A stretch of 64,000 nt of DNA, from NCBI GenBank assembly GCA_965649295.1, contig CBFGKH010000007.1, positions 75,464 through 139,463 of the forward strand. The letters are read 5' to 3'. Source of the stretch: a candidate division WOR-3 bacterium. Lineage in GTDB: Bacteria; Hydrothermota; Tepidihabitantia; Tepidihabitantales; Tepidihabitantaceae. Within the stretch, counting starts at the first letter, position 1. Each line of letters opens with the position of its first letter. This document shows, piece by piece, positions 36,246 to 46,900 of this stretch. Position numbers and translations under genes: made by a program. The notes under the pieces are model-generated. The model did no database searches. It was not told where the DNA came from and saw only the letters and a program-made list of their open reading frames with translations.

Positions 36246-36400
36246 GTGGGGCGACGCGATACTCCCTCGTCATTCCGAGGGCTGTCCTTGCCCGAGGAAT
36301 CGCCGAAGTGCTATGCCTGGGGGGTGCGAGGCGGGAAGGCGATCCCTCGTCGCTGCGCTCCTCGGGATGACAGGAGAGAATGCGTCTCGGGATGACAGAG
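36246..36400. repeat. REP-like short dispersed repeat: two to three copies here and an inverted copy at 42453..42490
   Basis: 36336-36375 ggcgatccctcgtcgctgcgctcctcgggatgacag is the reverse complement (1 mismatch) of 42455-42489 tgtcatcccgaggagcgcagcgccgagggatcgcc. Related copy at 36246-36292 (gtcattccgagggctgtccttgcccgaggaatcgcc). Confidence 0.6.
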
Positions 36401-36786
36401 GGTGATGGCAGTTGTGGCTGGTTGCACCTCTTTTCGGGTGCAGGGGCGAATCGTGCCAGCAGGCGCTATCTCCTGAGCCCACAATATGTTGGCCAGGTTT
36501 TCCGCTGCCCCCACTCCTCTGTCCCGGGGATGGTCTCCATGGTTCTTTGTCGCGGGGTCTTTAGTCCTGTCTCTTGCGCTGACTCAGTAACCCTTGGCGA
36601 TTGGGATTGCGGCCGAGTCTGCCTAAGACTTCGGGCTCGCGCTTCTGGGCCTCTTTCGGTTGATGCTCGTGACTGGGTTTGGCCCGTTCTTTGGGACAAA
36701 GTTACCCGCTCGGCCTTACGGGTTGCTTGTAGCAGTCCTTGCTACTCGCTTTTGGTCGCTGCCTGCGTCGGGCTTTGGGCCGGGCT

Positions 36787-37248
36787 TTAGCGTGGGTTTG
36801 TGGTGCTCAGTTCGAACAGGCGCTCAGCAAGGGAAGTGACAAGTTCGGCCCGGGCAAGGCCCTTGCGCCAGCGGGCAGGGATGGCATCCTCGCCGTAGTA
36901 GGCACCGGCAAGCTGACCATAGACCGCGGCAGTCGTGTCGGTGTCTTCGCCGAGACTGACCGCGAGCGTACAACCAGTTTCGAAATCATCTGAGTTGTAG
37001 AGCGCCCAGAGCGCCGCTTCGAGCGTGTGAACGACGTAGCCGGTGCCGCGGATATCGGGCGGCTGCTTCTGTTTGAACGAGCCGGCCGCGACTTGGTCAA
37101 TCTTGGGTGCGAGCGGCTCGGATTGCCAGAGGCCGGGAACGGGCGAATAGTGGTCGGCGAGCAGGTCCTGTTTTGATGCGCCGAGCGCATCGCCGCAGGC
37201 GAGGCCGAGCAGCGAGCCGCGGATGCGGCTGCGTTTGTCGGGTGTCAT
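36787..37248 (-). CDS. ADP-ribosylglycohydrolase-family protein, unusually short (mini-ARH)
   Basis: 153 aa. N-terminal [16 protein letters not shown] and C-terminal [31 protein letters not shown] signatures are both present, but the ~130-aa middle region of typical ARHs is missing. Confidence 0.5.
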   Translation of the reverse strand: MTPDKRSRIRGSLLGLACGDALGASKQDLLADHYSPVPGLWQSEPLAPKIDQVAAGSFKQKQPPDIRGTGYVVHTLEAALWALYNSDDFETGCTLAVSLGEDTDTTAAVYGQLAGAYYGEDAIPARWRKGLARAELVTSLAERLFELSTTNPR

Positions 37249-37296
37249 CAGCCTAGAAGCAGCGGTGACATTGGGACGGGCCCAAACCGGTACTGG

Positions 37297-37689
37297 CTAG
37301 AGGCGCGCGAGGTGAGACTCGAACCCGAGGACTACGGTCTTCTGACCCCGGCGAGCGACCTTGTGGCCCTCGGCCCGAAGGAGCTTGGCGACGGCAGCAA
37401 TGCCGCCGGGGTACTTCGGATTCAGTTCGCCACCGGCTTTGAGCGTGCGCCAGTAGGGGGTGATGCGTTTGTCGCCGGCAGCACGCCGTTCTTCGGCTGC
37501 GTGGGCGGCAATCCAGGCGAAGATGCCGGTTGTCAGCGGACAGGCGATGTCGGTTTTGTGCTTGCGAGCAAGGGCCTGCCGGATTTCGGTGATGGTCACG
37601 AGTTTGCCTTTGGGCACGCGGCGCATCAGTTCGTCCACCTCCAATGGAGCGGGGATGACAAATGTGCCGGTACCCCAACGTTTGTTCAT
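37297..37689 (-). CDS. MGMT-family DNA-binding-domain protein lacking the catalytic Cys (alkyltransferase-like, ATL-like)
   Basis: 130 aa. Winged-helix-like VPKGKLVTITEIRQALARKH..., and ITPYWRTLKAGGEL in place of the PCHRVV / PWHRVV motif. Assignment by motif resemblance only. Confidence 0.4.
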   Translation of the reverse strand: MNKRWGTGTFVIPAPLEVDELMRRVPKGKLVTITEIRQALARKHKTDIACPLTTGIFAWIAAHAAEERRAAGDKRITPYWRTLKAGGELNPKYPGGIAAVAKLLRAEGHKVARRGQKTVVLGFESHLARL

Positions 37690-37803
37690 CCGTTCGTCAA
37701 TCGGCGCGATGCGGGGCAGGCCTTTGGCGTCGGTCAGTTTCTGCTGCCAGGTTTTCTTTTTGTCAGACTGGCGGCGACTGGTCGTAGTTCTACCCTAGCC
37801 TTC

Positions 37804-38226
37804 TTAGCGTTGGATGCTGAGCGGAACGATGACGTCGTAGTTCGGAACGGTGTCGGCAGGGAAGTATTCGGCGGTGTCGGCATAGGTGCGGCCGCCGTAG
37901 ATAAACCAGGCGCGGGCGCGGACACCGGTGGTGTAGGTGCCGGTGGCCCGTTCGTAGCGGAAGGTGGTGGTATAGGCAAGTGTTGCCTCGCCGTTGCCGT
38001 CGGTGGTGCGGTCGTCGTCAAGCTCGAATCCGGGCAGGACATTGCCGCTGCGGTCAATGACGTCGGTGTGGATGAAGAGGCGCTGGCCCGCAACCGGCCG
38101 TCCCTGGGAGTCGGTGACGGTGACGACAGCGCGGATTATCCAGGTGCGGTCGGCATACTTGCAGGCGAAGAGCGGCAGCAGGAGCGCCGGCAGGAGAAAA
38201 GAGAGCAGGCGGAGCTGGTAGCGCAC
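37804..38226 (-). CDS. hypothetical lipoprotein
   Basis: 140 aa. Signal peptide with lipobox LFAC. Confidence 0.45.
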   Translation of the reverse strand: MRYQLRLLSFLLPALLLPLFACKYADRTWIIRAVVTVTDSQGRPVAGQRLFIHTDVIDRSGNVLPGFELDDDRTTDGNGEATLAYTTTFRYERATGTYTTGVRARAWFIYGGRTYADTAEYFPADTVPNYDVIVPLSIQR

Positions 38227-38306
38227 AGTAGGTTATAGCACGGGGAAGTGGTCAAGTCAAAGGGCAAAGCGCAGCGGACAGATGGGAGAGAGTGGTGGAT
38301 GCCGGA

Positions 38307-38828
38307 CTAGCGGCCGGCGTCCAGCTCGATTCGGGCTGAGTCGAGCTGGTTGACAATGGCCTGGCGCAGGGTGGCGAGTGAGTCGGGGTCGTCGGTCAGC
38401 TCGATTTCGAGGACGAGGTTGCGGGCCAGTCCGAGCCGCGCCCGAACCGGGCCGACTACTTCTTCAGCACCCGGGCCGATTCGGTCAGCAGCGGTCTCAG
38501 CAGCCTGTTCGAGTCGCTCAATTCGCTGCAGAACGGCAGTGGCAAAGGCTTCGGCACTGTCAGGGGTGACCTGGGCACGGAGCGGGTCGCGGTTGCGGAG
38601 GCTCGCGATGATAAAAGTGCCGATGGCGATGGCGCCGATGGTGGCGACCAGAATTGCGGTGATGTCGCGCCAGCCGGGACCGGTCGGTTTGGGTGCTGGC
38701 GGCAGGCCAATTTCCGGGCCGGTTGTGTCTGGGCTTTGGCGGATGCGGGGGTCGAGCTTGGTGCGGCACTCGCGGCAGAACCGGGCTGTGTCGTCGTTGG
38801 GCTGGCCGCACGCCGGGCAGACGTTCAT
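38307..38828 (-). CDS. zinc-ribbon membrane protein
   Basis: 173 aa. CPACGQPNDDTARFCRECRTKL, then a transmembrane helix (ILVATIGAIAIGTFIIA). Confidence 0.5.
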   Translation of the reverse strand: MNVCPACGQPNDDTARFCRECRTKLDPRIRQSPDTTGPEIGLPPAPKPTGPGWRDITAILVATIGAIAIGTFIIASLRNRDPLRAQVTPDSAEAFATAVLQRIERLEQAAETAADRIGPGAEEVVGPVRARLGLARNLVLEIELTDDPDSLATLRQAIVNQLDSARIELDAGR

Positions 38829-38940
38829 CGGTAGCAGGGGTTGGTGCTAGTCAAAGGGAAATCGCCCGGTCGGGGGAGAGCCGAGCGCGAGACTGCTGAG
38901 TTTGGCATGGCGGGCAGAATAGACCGCTGGCAGCGGGTTG

Positions 38941-39681
38941 TCAAATCGGGCTGGGGCGAAAGGAGCGGAGCAGGAGCGAGGGAAAGTGGGTTTGGACAAA
39001 ATCGAGGATGACCGGCAGAAGTCGGGATACGATAGCGTCGGCATTGGTGAGTGAGGAGGCCGGAGTGTGGAGCAGGTGGTCGAGCAGCCCGATTTCGGCT
39101 GGGCTGAGGAGAACGCCGGGTTCATCGCCGGCGCAGGCCGGGCAGATGATGCCACCGGCCTCGGCGGCGAACCATGCCGACTGTTCGCGAATTGGCTGTC
39201 GACAGCGCAGGCACTGGCGTAGCCCGGGCCGGAATCCGCCAAAGCTGGCAGCCTTGAGCAGGAACGAGCCGACCAAGGTGGTGAAGCCGGTCTCGGCCTG
39301 CTCAATGACGCCGAGATAGGTGTCGAGCAGGCCGAAGAGTTGGGGATTCTGGTCTTGGGGAGGGGCAGTGCGCAGGGCAAGTTCGGTAACCTGTTCGGCA
39401 GCGAGATACCGTTCTGGTCGGAGTGCGATGCCGGAGTGGGCGTTGACCAGTTCGGCATCGGCAATCGTGTAGAGGGAGCGGCTTTCGTGCCAGTAGTAGA
39501 TGATGCGGGAGCGGGCAAAGAGGTCGAGGGCGGCGCCAAACTTGCTTTTGGGCCGGCGCGCGCCTTTGGCCAGGCCGGTGACCCGGCCATGGTCGGCGGT
39601 GAGCAGGGTGACGAGCTTGCTCGATTCCTTGTACTCCTGAACGTGGAGGCAGATGGCGTCGAGGCGGAGGATGCGGCGCAT
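38941..39681 (-). CDS. recO: DNA repair protein RecO
   Basis: 246 aa. N-terminal OB region. CLRCRQP...CPACAG zinc-finger pair, as in RecO. Confidence 0.75.
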   Translation of the reverse strand: MRRILRLDAICLHVQEYKESSKLVTLLTADHGRVTGLAKGARRPKSKFGAALDLFARSRIIYYWHESRSLYTIADAELVNAHSGIALRPERYLAAEQVTELALRTAPPQDQNPQLFGLLDTYLGVIEQAETGFTTLVGSFLLKAASFGGFRPGLRQCLRCRQPIREQSAWFAAEAGGIICPACAGDEPGVLLSPAEIGLLDHLLHTPASSLTNADAIVSRLLPVILDFVQTHFPSLLLRSFRPSPI

Positions 39682-39741
39682 GTCAGGAAGAGACTGAGCA
39701 GCGGGCGAGATGCAATCGCAGGACTGAGCCGACAGCGGGCA

Positions 39742-40677
39742 TCAGGCTTCGGAGCGGATTTCGCCGACGAGTTCTTCAATCAGGTCTTCGAGTGAGACGA
39801 TGCCGGTGACACGGTCCTGCTCGTCGGTGACCACGGCCAGGTGCTCGCCGCGCCGCTGAAGCTGACGCAGTACTGCCAGAGCGCGGCTCTGGCCGGGTAC
39901 GCGGGAGATGCGGCGGATGCGATGGGCAGGCGCGGCCAGCAGGTCCTTGACCACGATTACGCCGGTGATGTTGTCAGGTCGGTCGGTATATACCGGAATG
40001 CGGGAGAAACCGTATTCGCTGGTGACGGCCATTATCTCGTTCAGGCCGGCGTCGTGGCGCACCGACTTCACTTCCTCAATCGGTATCTGGATTTCGGCGA
40101 CCGGCATGGCGGAGAAGCGGAACAGCCGTTTGGCAATCTGGGCGGTGCGGGGAGCAGCCGCACCGGCCCGGCGGCTGAGCGCGGCGACATAGTCTTCGGG
40201 TGTGATTGTCGGCTCGCCGCGAGTTGCCGGCCGCGGGCCAAGGAGTCGGCCAATGCCGCTTAGAACAAAGACGAGCGGCCAGAAGAGAATTCGCACGGTT
40301 CCGAGTGGCAGGGCAGCGCGCCGCAGCCAGCGGTTGGGGAAGGCCTGACCAATGGTCTTGGGCAGGTATTCGCTGCCGACAAAGGCGGCCGCGACAGCAA
40401 TCAGCACGGCGATGGGCGCGGCTGCTGGGCCGAAATGGAGGGTGAAGAATCGGGTGAGGAGGATGGAGAGGAAGTTGTAGGCAAGATTGGTGCCGATGAG
40501 AATCGTGACGATTGCCTGGTCCCGCTGGTCGAGCAGGGTCAGGGCAGCGCGGGCGCCGGCCAGGCCGCGTTCGGCCCAGTTGGTGAGTCGAATCCAGTTG
40601 GCGCGGTAGAGCGAGGCCTCGGTGGCGCAGAAAAACGCGCCGGCACCAATCAGGAAGAGGGCGGCAATTGGTTCCAT
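39742..40677 (-). CDS. CNNM/hemolysin-family protein (DUF21 transmembrane + CBS pair, no CorC_HlyC domain)
   Basis: 311 aa. DUF21 helices, then two CBS motifs, ending ...LEDLIEELVGEIRSEA. Confidence 0.7.
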   Translation of the reverse strand: MEPIAALFLIGAGAFFCATEASLYRANWIRLTNWAERGLAGARAALTLLDQRDQAIVTILIGTNLAYNFLSILLTRFFTLHFGPAAAPIAVLIAVAAAFVGSEYLPKTIGQAFPNRWLRRAALPLGTVRILFWPLVFVLSGIGRLLGPRPATRGEPTITPEDYVAALSRRAGAAAPRTAQIAKRLFRFSAMPVAEIQIPIEEVKSVRHDAGLNEIMAVTSEYGFSRIPVYTDRPDNITGVIVVKDLLAAPAHRIRRISRVPGQSRALAVLRQLQRRGEHLAVVTDEQDRVTGIVSLEDLIEELVGEIRSEA

Positions 40678-40680
40678 TGG

Positions 40681-41928
40681 CTAGTCGGCGTCGGGCTGGG
40701 AGCAGACCACGACTTTTTCGAGCTTGGTGCCGTCGGTTTCGCGGACGGTTATTTCGATCTGGCCATGCCGGATGCGGTCGCCGGGAACCGGCAGCCGGCC
40801 CAACCGTTCGTGGATGAATGACGACAGGCGTTCGTGGTCAATGTTGCGGAAGGCGTTGGCAAAGAGCCGGTTGAGCGTGGCTAGGTCAATCTCGCCGTCA
40901 ACGAGATAGCAGCCGTTCTCGACTTTGGAATAGGGCAGTTCTTCGGCCAGGTCGTATTCGTCGGTAATCTCGCCGAAGACGGCTTCGAGCAGGTCTTCGA
41001 GAGTGACCAGCCCGGCAGTCTGGCCGAACTCGTCAACGACGATGGCGATGTGGGAGCCGCGGCGCCGTAGCTCGTCAAGGAGCTGCGGCAAGGGCTTGAC
41101 CTCGGGCACAAAATAGGGTGGCCGGGCAATGGCTGAGACCGGGGTCTGCTCGTCGGTTGCAGCCAGCAGTTCCCGGACATGAATCGTACCGGTAATGCGG
41201 TCAACCGTCTCGCGATAGACTGGCAGGCGCGAGAATCCGGCCCGCCGACAGATGGCCGTCGCCTCAGCCACGGTTGTCGTTTCCGGCACCGCGACAATGT
41301 CAATACGTGGGGTCATCACTTCCGAGACAGTCCGGCGGTCGAGGTCAATCAGGTTGCGCAGCACCTCATCTTCGGTGCCCTGGAGGATGCCTTGGTTGCG
41401 GCCAAGCTCAACCATCGTGTGGAGCTCGTCGTCGGTGAGGGCATCGGGTTCAGGCCGGCGCGGAGCCAGGCGCCGGGCAAGACCGGCGACGAGTAGCACT
41501 GCTGGCCGCAGGACAAATCCGACGGCTGGTAGCGCCTGGGCCGAAACCAGCGCAAAGCGGGTCGGTATGCGACTGGCAATGACTTTGGGCGTGACCTCGC
41601 TCAGCACCAGGACCAGCGCGGTCTCAACTATGCCGCCCAAGCCAATGATTAGTGCCTCGCTTCCGCCGGTGCGTCGAACAATGCCGAGCAGAACAATCGT
41701 GACCAGCGCGGCGATGACCATGTTGACTATCAGATTGCCGAGCAGAATCGTGCCGAGCAGCCGGCCCGGGTCACGCAGTAGCGACTCGATGCGGCGGCTC
41801 GTACCCGGATGGGTGGTGCGGAGTTTCTCGCGCTGGCCGGGCGTGAGCGAGAAGAGGGCGGTCTCGGAGCCGGAGAAGAAAGCTGAGCAGAGTAGGAGCA
41901 GGACGATGGCGAGAGCCGCGAAGAACAT
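40681..41928 (-). CDS. CNNM/CorC-family protein (DUF21 + CBS pair + CorC_HlyC transporter-associated domain)
   Basis: 415 aa. Full YbeX/CorC-like layout including the C-terminal ...[23 protein letters not shown] domain. Confidence 0.8.
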   Translation of the reverse strand: MFFAALAIVLLLLCSAFFSGSETALFSLTPGQREKLRTTHPGTSRRIESLLRDPGRLLGTILLGNLIVNMVIAALVTIVLLGIVRRTGGSEALIIGLGGIVETALVLVLSEVTPKVIASRIPTRFALVSAQALPAVGFVLRPAVLLVAGLARRLAPRRPEPDALTDDELHTMVELGRNQGILQGTEDEVLRNLIDLDRRTVSEVMTPRIDIVAVPETTTVAEATAICRRAGFSRLPVYRETVDRITGTIHVRELLAATDEQTPVSAIARPPYFVPEVKPLPQLLDELRRRGSHIAIVVDEFGQTAGLVTLEDLLEAVFGEITDEYDLAEELPYSKVENGCYLVDGEIDLATLNRLFANAFRNIDHERLSSFIHERLGRLPVPGDRIRHGQIEITVRETDGTKLEKVVVCSQPDAD

Positions 41929-41985
41929 TGGCTAGCAGCGGGCAGCGGGTTTGGCGATAGCCGGTTTCATCGCTGTCGAGCCGAA

Positions 41986-42390
41986 CTAGTCGCGGCCGAG
42001 AAAGCGGCGGTAAAACGGCTCCATCTGGCGGTGAGTCAGGCCGAGCAGATGGAGAACGCCGTGCAGGATGAGTCGCTGCAGTTCATCGTGATAGCCGACA
42101 CCGTAGCGGCGGGCCTGCTGGCGGGCAGTATCTCGGGAGACATAGACTTCACCAAGCGGAAGTGATGGTTGTCGGTTGGGGACTAGTGGCTGAAGCTTGA
42201 ATGACAGGACATCGGTGGGCCGGTCGCGGCGGCGATAGCGGCGGTTCAGGTCTTGAATATAGCGGTCGTTTACGAAGATGACCGAAACCGCGATAGCCGG
42301 TGATTTGAACTCGCGGTCGAGCTGCCGAACCAGCCGCCGAGTGGCCGCCAGCAGGCGCTGGTCACGGGTGCCAAATACCATTACTCTCAT
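41986..42390 (-). CDS. ybeY: rRNA maturation endoribonuclease YbeY
   Basis: 134 aa. HGVLHLLGLTH zinc-binding H3xH5xH motif. Confidence 0.85.
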   Translation of the reverse strand: MRVMVFGTRDQRLLAATRRLVRQLDREFKSPAIAVSVIFVNDRYIQDLNRRYRRRDRPTDVLSFKLQPLVPNRQPSLPLGEVYVSRDTARQQARRYGVGYHDELQRLILHGVLHLLGLTHRQMEPFYRRFLGRD

Positions 42391-42567
42391 TGCTCAGTCA
42401 ACACCAGTCCTGCTTCATACCTAGCCACCAGCATTAGACACCCGAGACTCTTCCTTTGTCATCCCGAGGAGCGCAGCGCCGAGGGATCGCCTATCCGTCG
42501 CCTCACATCGGCCCAGCATGGCATTCACTGCAACAGCTAGCCCGGTACTGCCTTCTATCATCAGGGC

Positions 42568-43563
42568 CTATTCGCGTGCAGCACTCGTCCCGTTGGTTCG
42601 GTCATAGGCCTTGATGATGCGCGAGACCAGCGGTGGCCTGACCACGTCGGCGTCGGTTAGCTGGATAATGGCGATGCCCGGCACATTGGCCAGGCGCTCG
42701 CTTGCGTCAATCAGGCCGGAGACGTGGTGGCTGGCGAGGTCAATTTGAGTCACGTCGCCGGTAACAATTGCCTTGGAATTCCAGCCCAGCCGGGTGAGAA
42801 ACATCCGCATCTGGGTTGAGGTCGTGTTCTGGGCTTCGTCGAGGATGATATAGGCGTCGGAAAGAGTCCGGCCACGCATGAACGCCAGCGGCGCGACCTC
42901 GATGACCTCCTGTTCAATCAGACGCTGGGTGCGTTCCAGGGGCATCATGTCAAAGAGGGCGTCATAGAGCGGACGCAGGTAGGGGTCAACCTTCTCTTTG
43001 AACGAGCCGGGCAGATAGCCAAGCGATTCGCCGGCTTCGACTGCTGGCCGGGTGAGGATGATGCGGCTGCAGCGGCCAGAAGTGAGCGAGGCGAGGGCGG
43101 CTGCCACTGCCAAATAGGTCTTGCCGGTGCCAGCCGGACCAATAGCAAAGATGATGTCGTTGTCGGTCATCGCCGCGAGGTAGGCTCGCTGGTTGCGTGT
43201 CTTGGGGACTATCGTCTTGCGCGGAGTCTTGAGCGCCAATGCTTCGGATTCGGTCGGCTGGGCACTGCCGCCAGACCGCTGACTGCGCAACAGTCGCGAG
43301 GCAAGGGCGTCAATGAACTCCGGTGACACTGGCTCGCCGTTGCGGCAGCGAGTGATAATAGTGTTGATGGTCTCCAGCAGGGCAGCCTCTTCCTCTTTTG
43401 GGCCGGAGAGATTGAGGCAGCCGGCGCGGGCGACGATACGGGTGCGGAAGTGACGGCTGAGCGCGTGGAGATTGGCGTCTGCCGGCCCAAGCAGGATTAG
43501 CGGGTCAATATCCTCAACCGTTATCGAATGGACGCAGTTATCAGACTGGGATGGCTCTTTCAT
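42568..43563 (-). CDS. phoH: PhoH-like ATPase (YbeZ)
   Basis: 331 aa. Walker A GPAGTGKT. LTRPAVEAGESLGYLPGSFKEKVDPYLRPLYDAL PhoH signature. N-terminal KH-like region. Confidence 0.85.
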   Translation of the reverse strand: MKEPSQSDNCVHSITVEDIDPLILLGPADANLHALSRHFRTRIVARAGCLNLSGPKEEEAALLETINTIITRCRNGEPVSPEFIDALASRLLRSQRSGGSAQPTESEALALKTPRKTIVPKTRNQRAYLAAMTDNDIIFAIGPAGTGKTYLAVAAALASLTSGRCSRIILTRPAVEAGESLGYLPGSFKEKVDPYLRPLYDALFDMMPLERTQRLIEQEVIEVAPLAFMRGRTLSDAYIILDEAQNTTSTQMRMFLTRLGWNSKAIVTGDVTQIDLASHHVSGLIDASERLANVPGIAIIQLTDADVVRPPLVSRIIKAYDRTNGTSAARE

Positions 43564-43804
43564 TGTCGGGAATATGGGAACCTGGGCAGCGGTAGGCTGC
43601 CTTGTGCCGGACTGGTCTTGTGTCCAACTGCAATCGTATTTTATCCCTGACGGCTCAGACGGTCAAGCAAGATGAGGTCAGCGGGTCTGCTCGGCAATCT
43701 CTTGTACGCGGACGACACTTGGAACGATGATCGATTCGCGGCGTGCGACTGCGGTCTTCGCCATCCGGACGCTAACCTCAGCTATCTGCCTGAAGTGACG
43801 CGAC

Positions 43805-43833
43805 TTGACACAGGCTGTCGCGGATGGTATCAT
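43805..43833 (+). promoter_or_regulatory. candidate sigma70 promoter for the 2749-aa gene
   Basis: TTGACA (43805-43810), 17 nt, TATCAT (43828-43833). Confidence 0.35.
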
Positions 43834-43967
43834 TACTACGGTCTAATGCGGCCCAAGGAAAGGGTTACAGAAAGAAAAGCCGCGGTCTCACAGAGGCTGC
43901 GCTATGCAATCAGCAAAGCAAGCGGGGAGACTAGAGCCCCGATTTGATTGTCAGCACGGGAGGTAAA

Positions 43968-46900
43968 ATGCTGAGACAGTTCCATTCTGCCAGAATCGCC
44001 CTCGCGGTTGTGCTGCTGCTAGGAGCAGCCGTACCGGCTTGGGCCATAACCGTAACCAGCACCGGCAGCGGAAACTGGGGTGCGGCAATCTGGACGCCCA
44101 GCCCACCGGCTTTCGGAGACGATGTCATCATCGCTGCCGGCCACACGGTTACTCTCAACGTCAATCCACCAGACCTTGGCAGTCTCACAGTCAATGGCAC
44201 TCTGCAGCGACCCAGCGATGCCAGCAACTACCAGCTCTATGTTTTGGGTAACATCACAGTTGCTGTTGGTGGTTCAATTAACTTCTCGGCTGGAACCGGG
44301 GTTGTCACCGTGACCTGCGATGGGTCGGTGACAAACAACAGCGCCTCGGCCAGTGCACTGAATCTCACTCGCTGCCCGCTGACTGTTGGCGGCACTTTGA
44401 ATAACAATGCTGGTACGATTACCACGACGACTGGCAACGTTACTGTTACCGGTCTTTACACGAATGCCAGCGGAGCGACTCACAACCATACCGGCGCCGG
44501 CGTAGTGCAGTTCAACGGCGGTTTCACTAACTCCGGGATTTACGCACACTCCGGCACCGGCGCGCTGACAATCGGTGGCACCGGCCTGAATAATGCGGTT
44601 GCCGGTGCCTCCTTCACATGCGCGGCTGCTAGTCTGACAATCAATGGCGGGTTGCAGAACAGCGCCAATACCTGCACCTACAGCGCAGCTGGTCCATTCA
44701 ACATCACTGGCAATGTGACGAACTCCGGTACTTTTACCATTTCCGGTGCCGCGAACGTCACCGTTGACCCAAACTTCACCAACACTGGGACGGTGAATTT
44801 CTCCTACAATCCGGGTGCGGCGGCAAGCTGTTCGCTCTATGTTGTCGGCGACCTGAACAACAATGCCGGGTCGTTCACGCTGAACCACCACGGTCTGCGA
44901 GTGGGCGGCAACTTGACCAATGGCGGCACGTTCACCAAGGCCGGTACCAATAACTTTATCCGGCCGATGCGGGTGCTGGGCAAGCTGGTGAACAACTCCA
45001 AGTTCTACGTCACTACCACCAGCACGATCTACAATCTCTATGTCGGCGACACCCTGCGTAATGAGGACTCGATCAACGTCGCCGGTGCGACCACCCGGAA
45101 TGACACAGTTGGTTCGCTCGTAAACAACAAGTCTATTGTCTATGGTGCTCAGGGACTGGTTGTCTGGCGTGAGGCCGGCGAGGCTAACTTCGCTAACAGC
45201 GTTGCGACCAGTCGCTTCAACCGCACCGGCAACGGTCTGACCGAGGTTAAGGACAACCACACCAACGCCGGTCTTGATACGATTCAGGGAACCGGTGCCT
45301 TCACAGTTGGTGGTGTCTTGAACAACAGCGGCCGATTCCGTGCCACCAACACCGGTGCCTACACCGCTGATGTCAACGCGGGGCAGCTCATCAATTCCAA
45401 TAGTTTCGTACTGGCTGGCACCCATGGCCTAAATGTCACTGGTAATGTGACGAATGCCGGTACCTTTTCGAGAAGCGCCGGCACCAATGCTCGGCCGATC
45501 CGTGTTGGCGGCGACTGGAGCAACGCCGGTGGCAGCAGTCTCTATGTGCTCGCGACCAACACCGCCTCGCGGTTTGTCGTGCTCGGTACCTTGACTAACA
45601 ACGCCGACACGATGCACATCACCGGTGCGGGTTCGACTTACTACGATACCATCGGCACGCTGGTGAATAACCGCGTTTTGAACTATGTGGCGGCCAATCT
45701 GCAGGTGAACAACAATTTCACCAATGGTACTGGCACCGCTGGTCGGTTCCGGCACACTGGTGGCGGCGCCATTCGTGTGACCGGTAACCTAACAAACAAT
45801 GATACGCTCCTGTTCACGGCAACGAGCGGCCGACTCGTCGTACTCGGGACCCGGACCAACAACGACTATGACACTCTGGTAGGCGCCAATAACCGCTGGG
45901 ACACAGCCGGAACCTTGGTGAACAACGGCCGGATTGTCTACAATTTCCAGCAACTGCAGGTGCTGGACGGTGGGTTCACCAACAACGCTGGCTGCACCTA
46001 CCTGCGTCTGGGAGGAACAAACACGACCAACATGACCCGGGTGGACGGTGACCTGACTAACCATGGCGACCTGCTGTTCCGGTCGGCTGCCGGCGGTCGG
46101 TTTGTCGTGCTTGGCACGTTCACCAACTCTGCCACCGGTTACGACTCGATGGTCGGAGCCGGTCAGTGGGACACAGTTGGCGTGCTTGTGAACAACAACC
46201 GCATCGTCTATGGCAATCAGTGGTTGCAAGTGCTGACCAGTTTCACCAATGCCGGCGTTTACCAGCGACTGGCAACGACGAACCTTACCCGGGTTGGCGA
46301 TGCTGCTCAGGGCACCGGCGATGTGCTGAACAACGGCAAGCTACTGTTCAACATCAATGCCGGTCGGTTCTGCGCGTTCGGCACAGTGACGAATAACGAC
46401 TCAATCTACGTCAACGGAGTCACTACGAGCACGGATACGTTTGGCAACCTCATCAATAACAAGAATCTCATCTACACAAATCAGAGCATCTGGGTTAGGG
46501 GCGACTTTACGAACAACGCACCTGATGGTGTGCACAAGCGCACCGCTCCCGCCGCAGCGACGATGCTGGTCGAGGGCAACCTGACCAACCATCGCATTCT
46601 TGACCTGTCCAATATGACGAGCTGGCTGCGGGTGCGCGGCACACTGACGAACAACGACTCGCTCTGCCACACCGCCAACGTGACCGACAGCGTGACGACG
46701 CGATTTGTCAACGGACCGTCCGCGCGGGCGTGGCTGCCACTGGCCAATCTTTGGACCGGGCCGAACGGTGATATGGAGAACCACGGGCTGTTCTGGAAGA
46801 ACACCGGCTCGGTGATTGTGGGCGATACTTACATCAATACTGGAATTGACTCGATTCGTGGCAGCACGACTCGCAACGTTGGTACGCTGGTCAACAGTGG

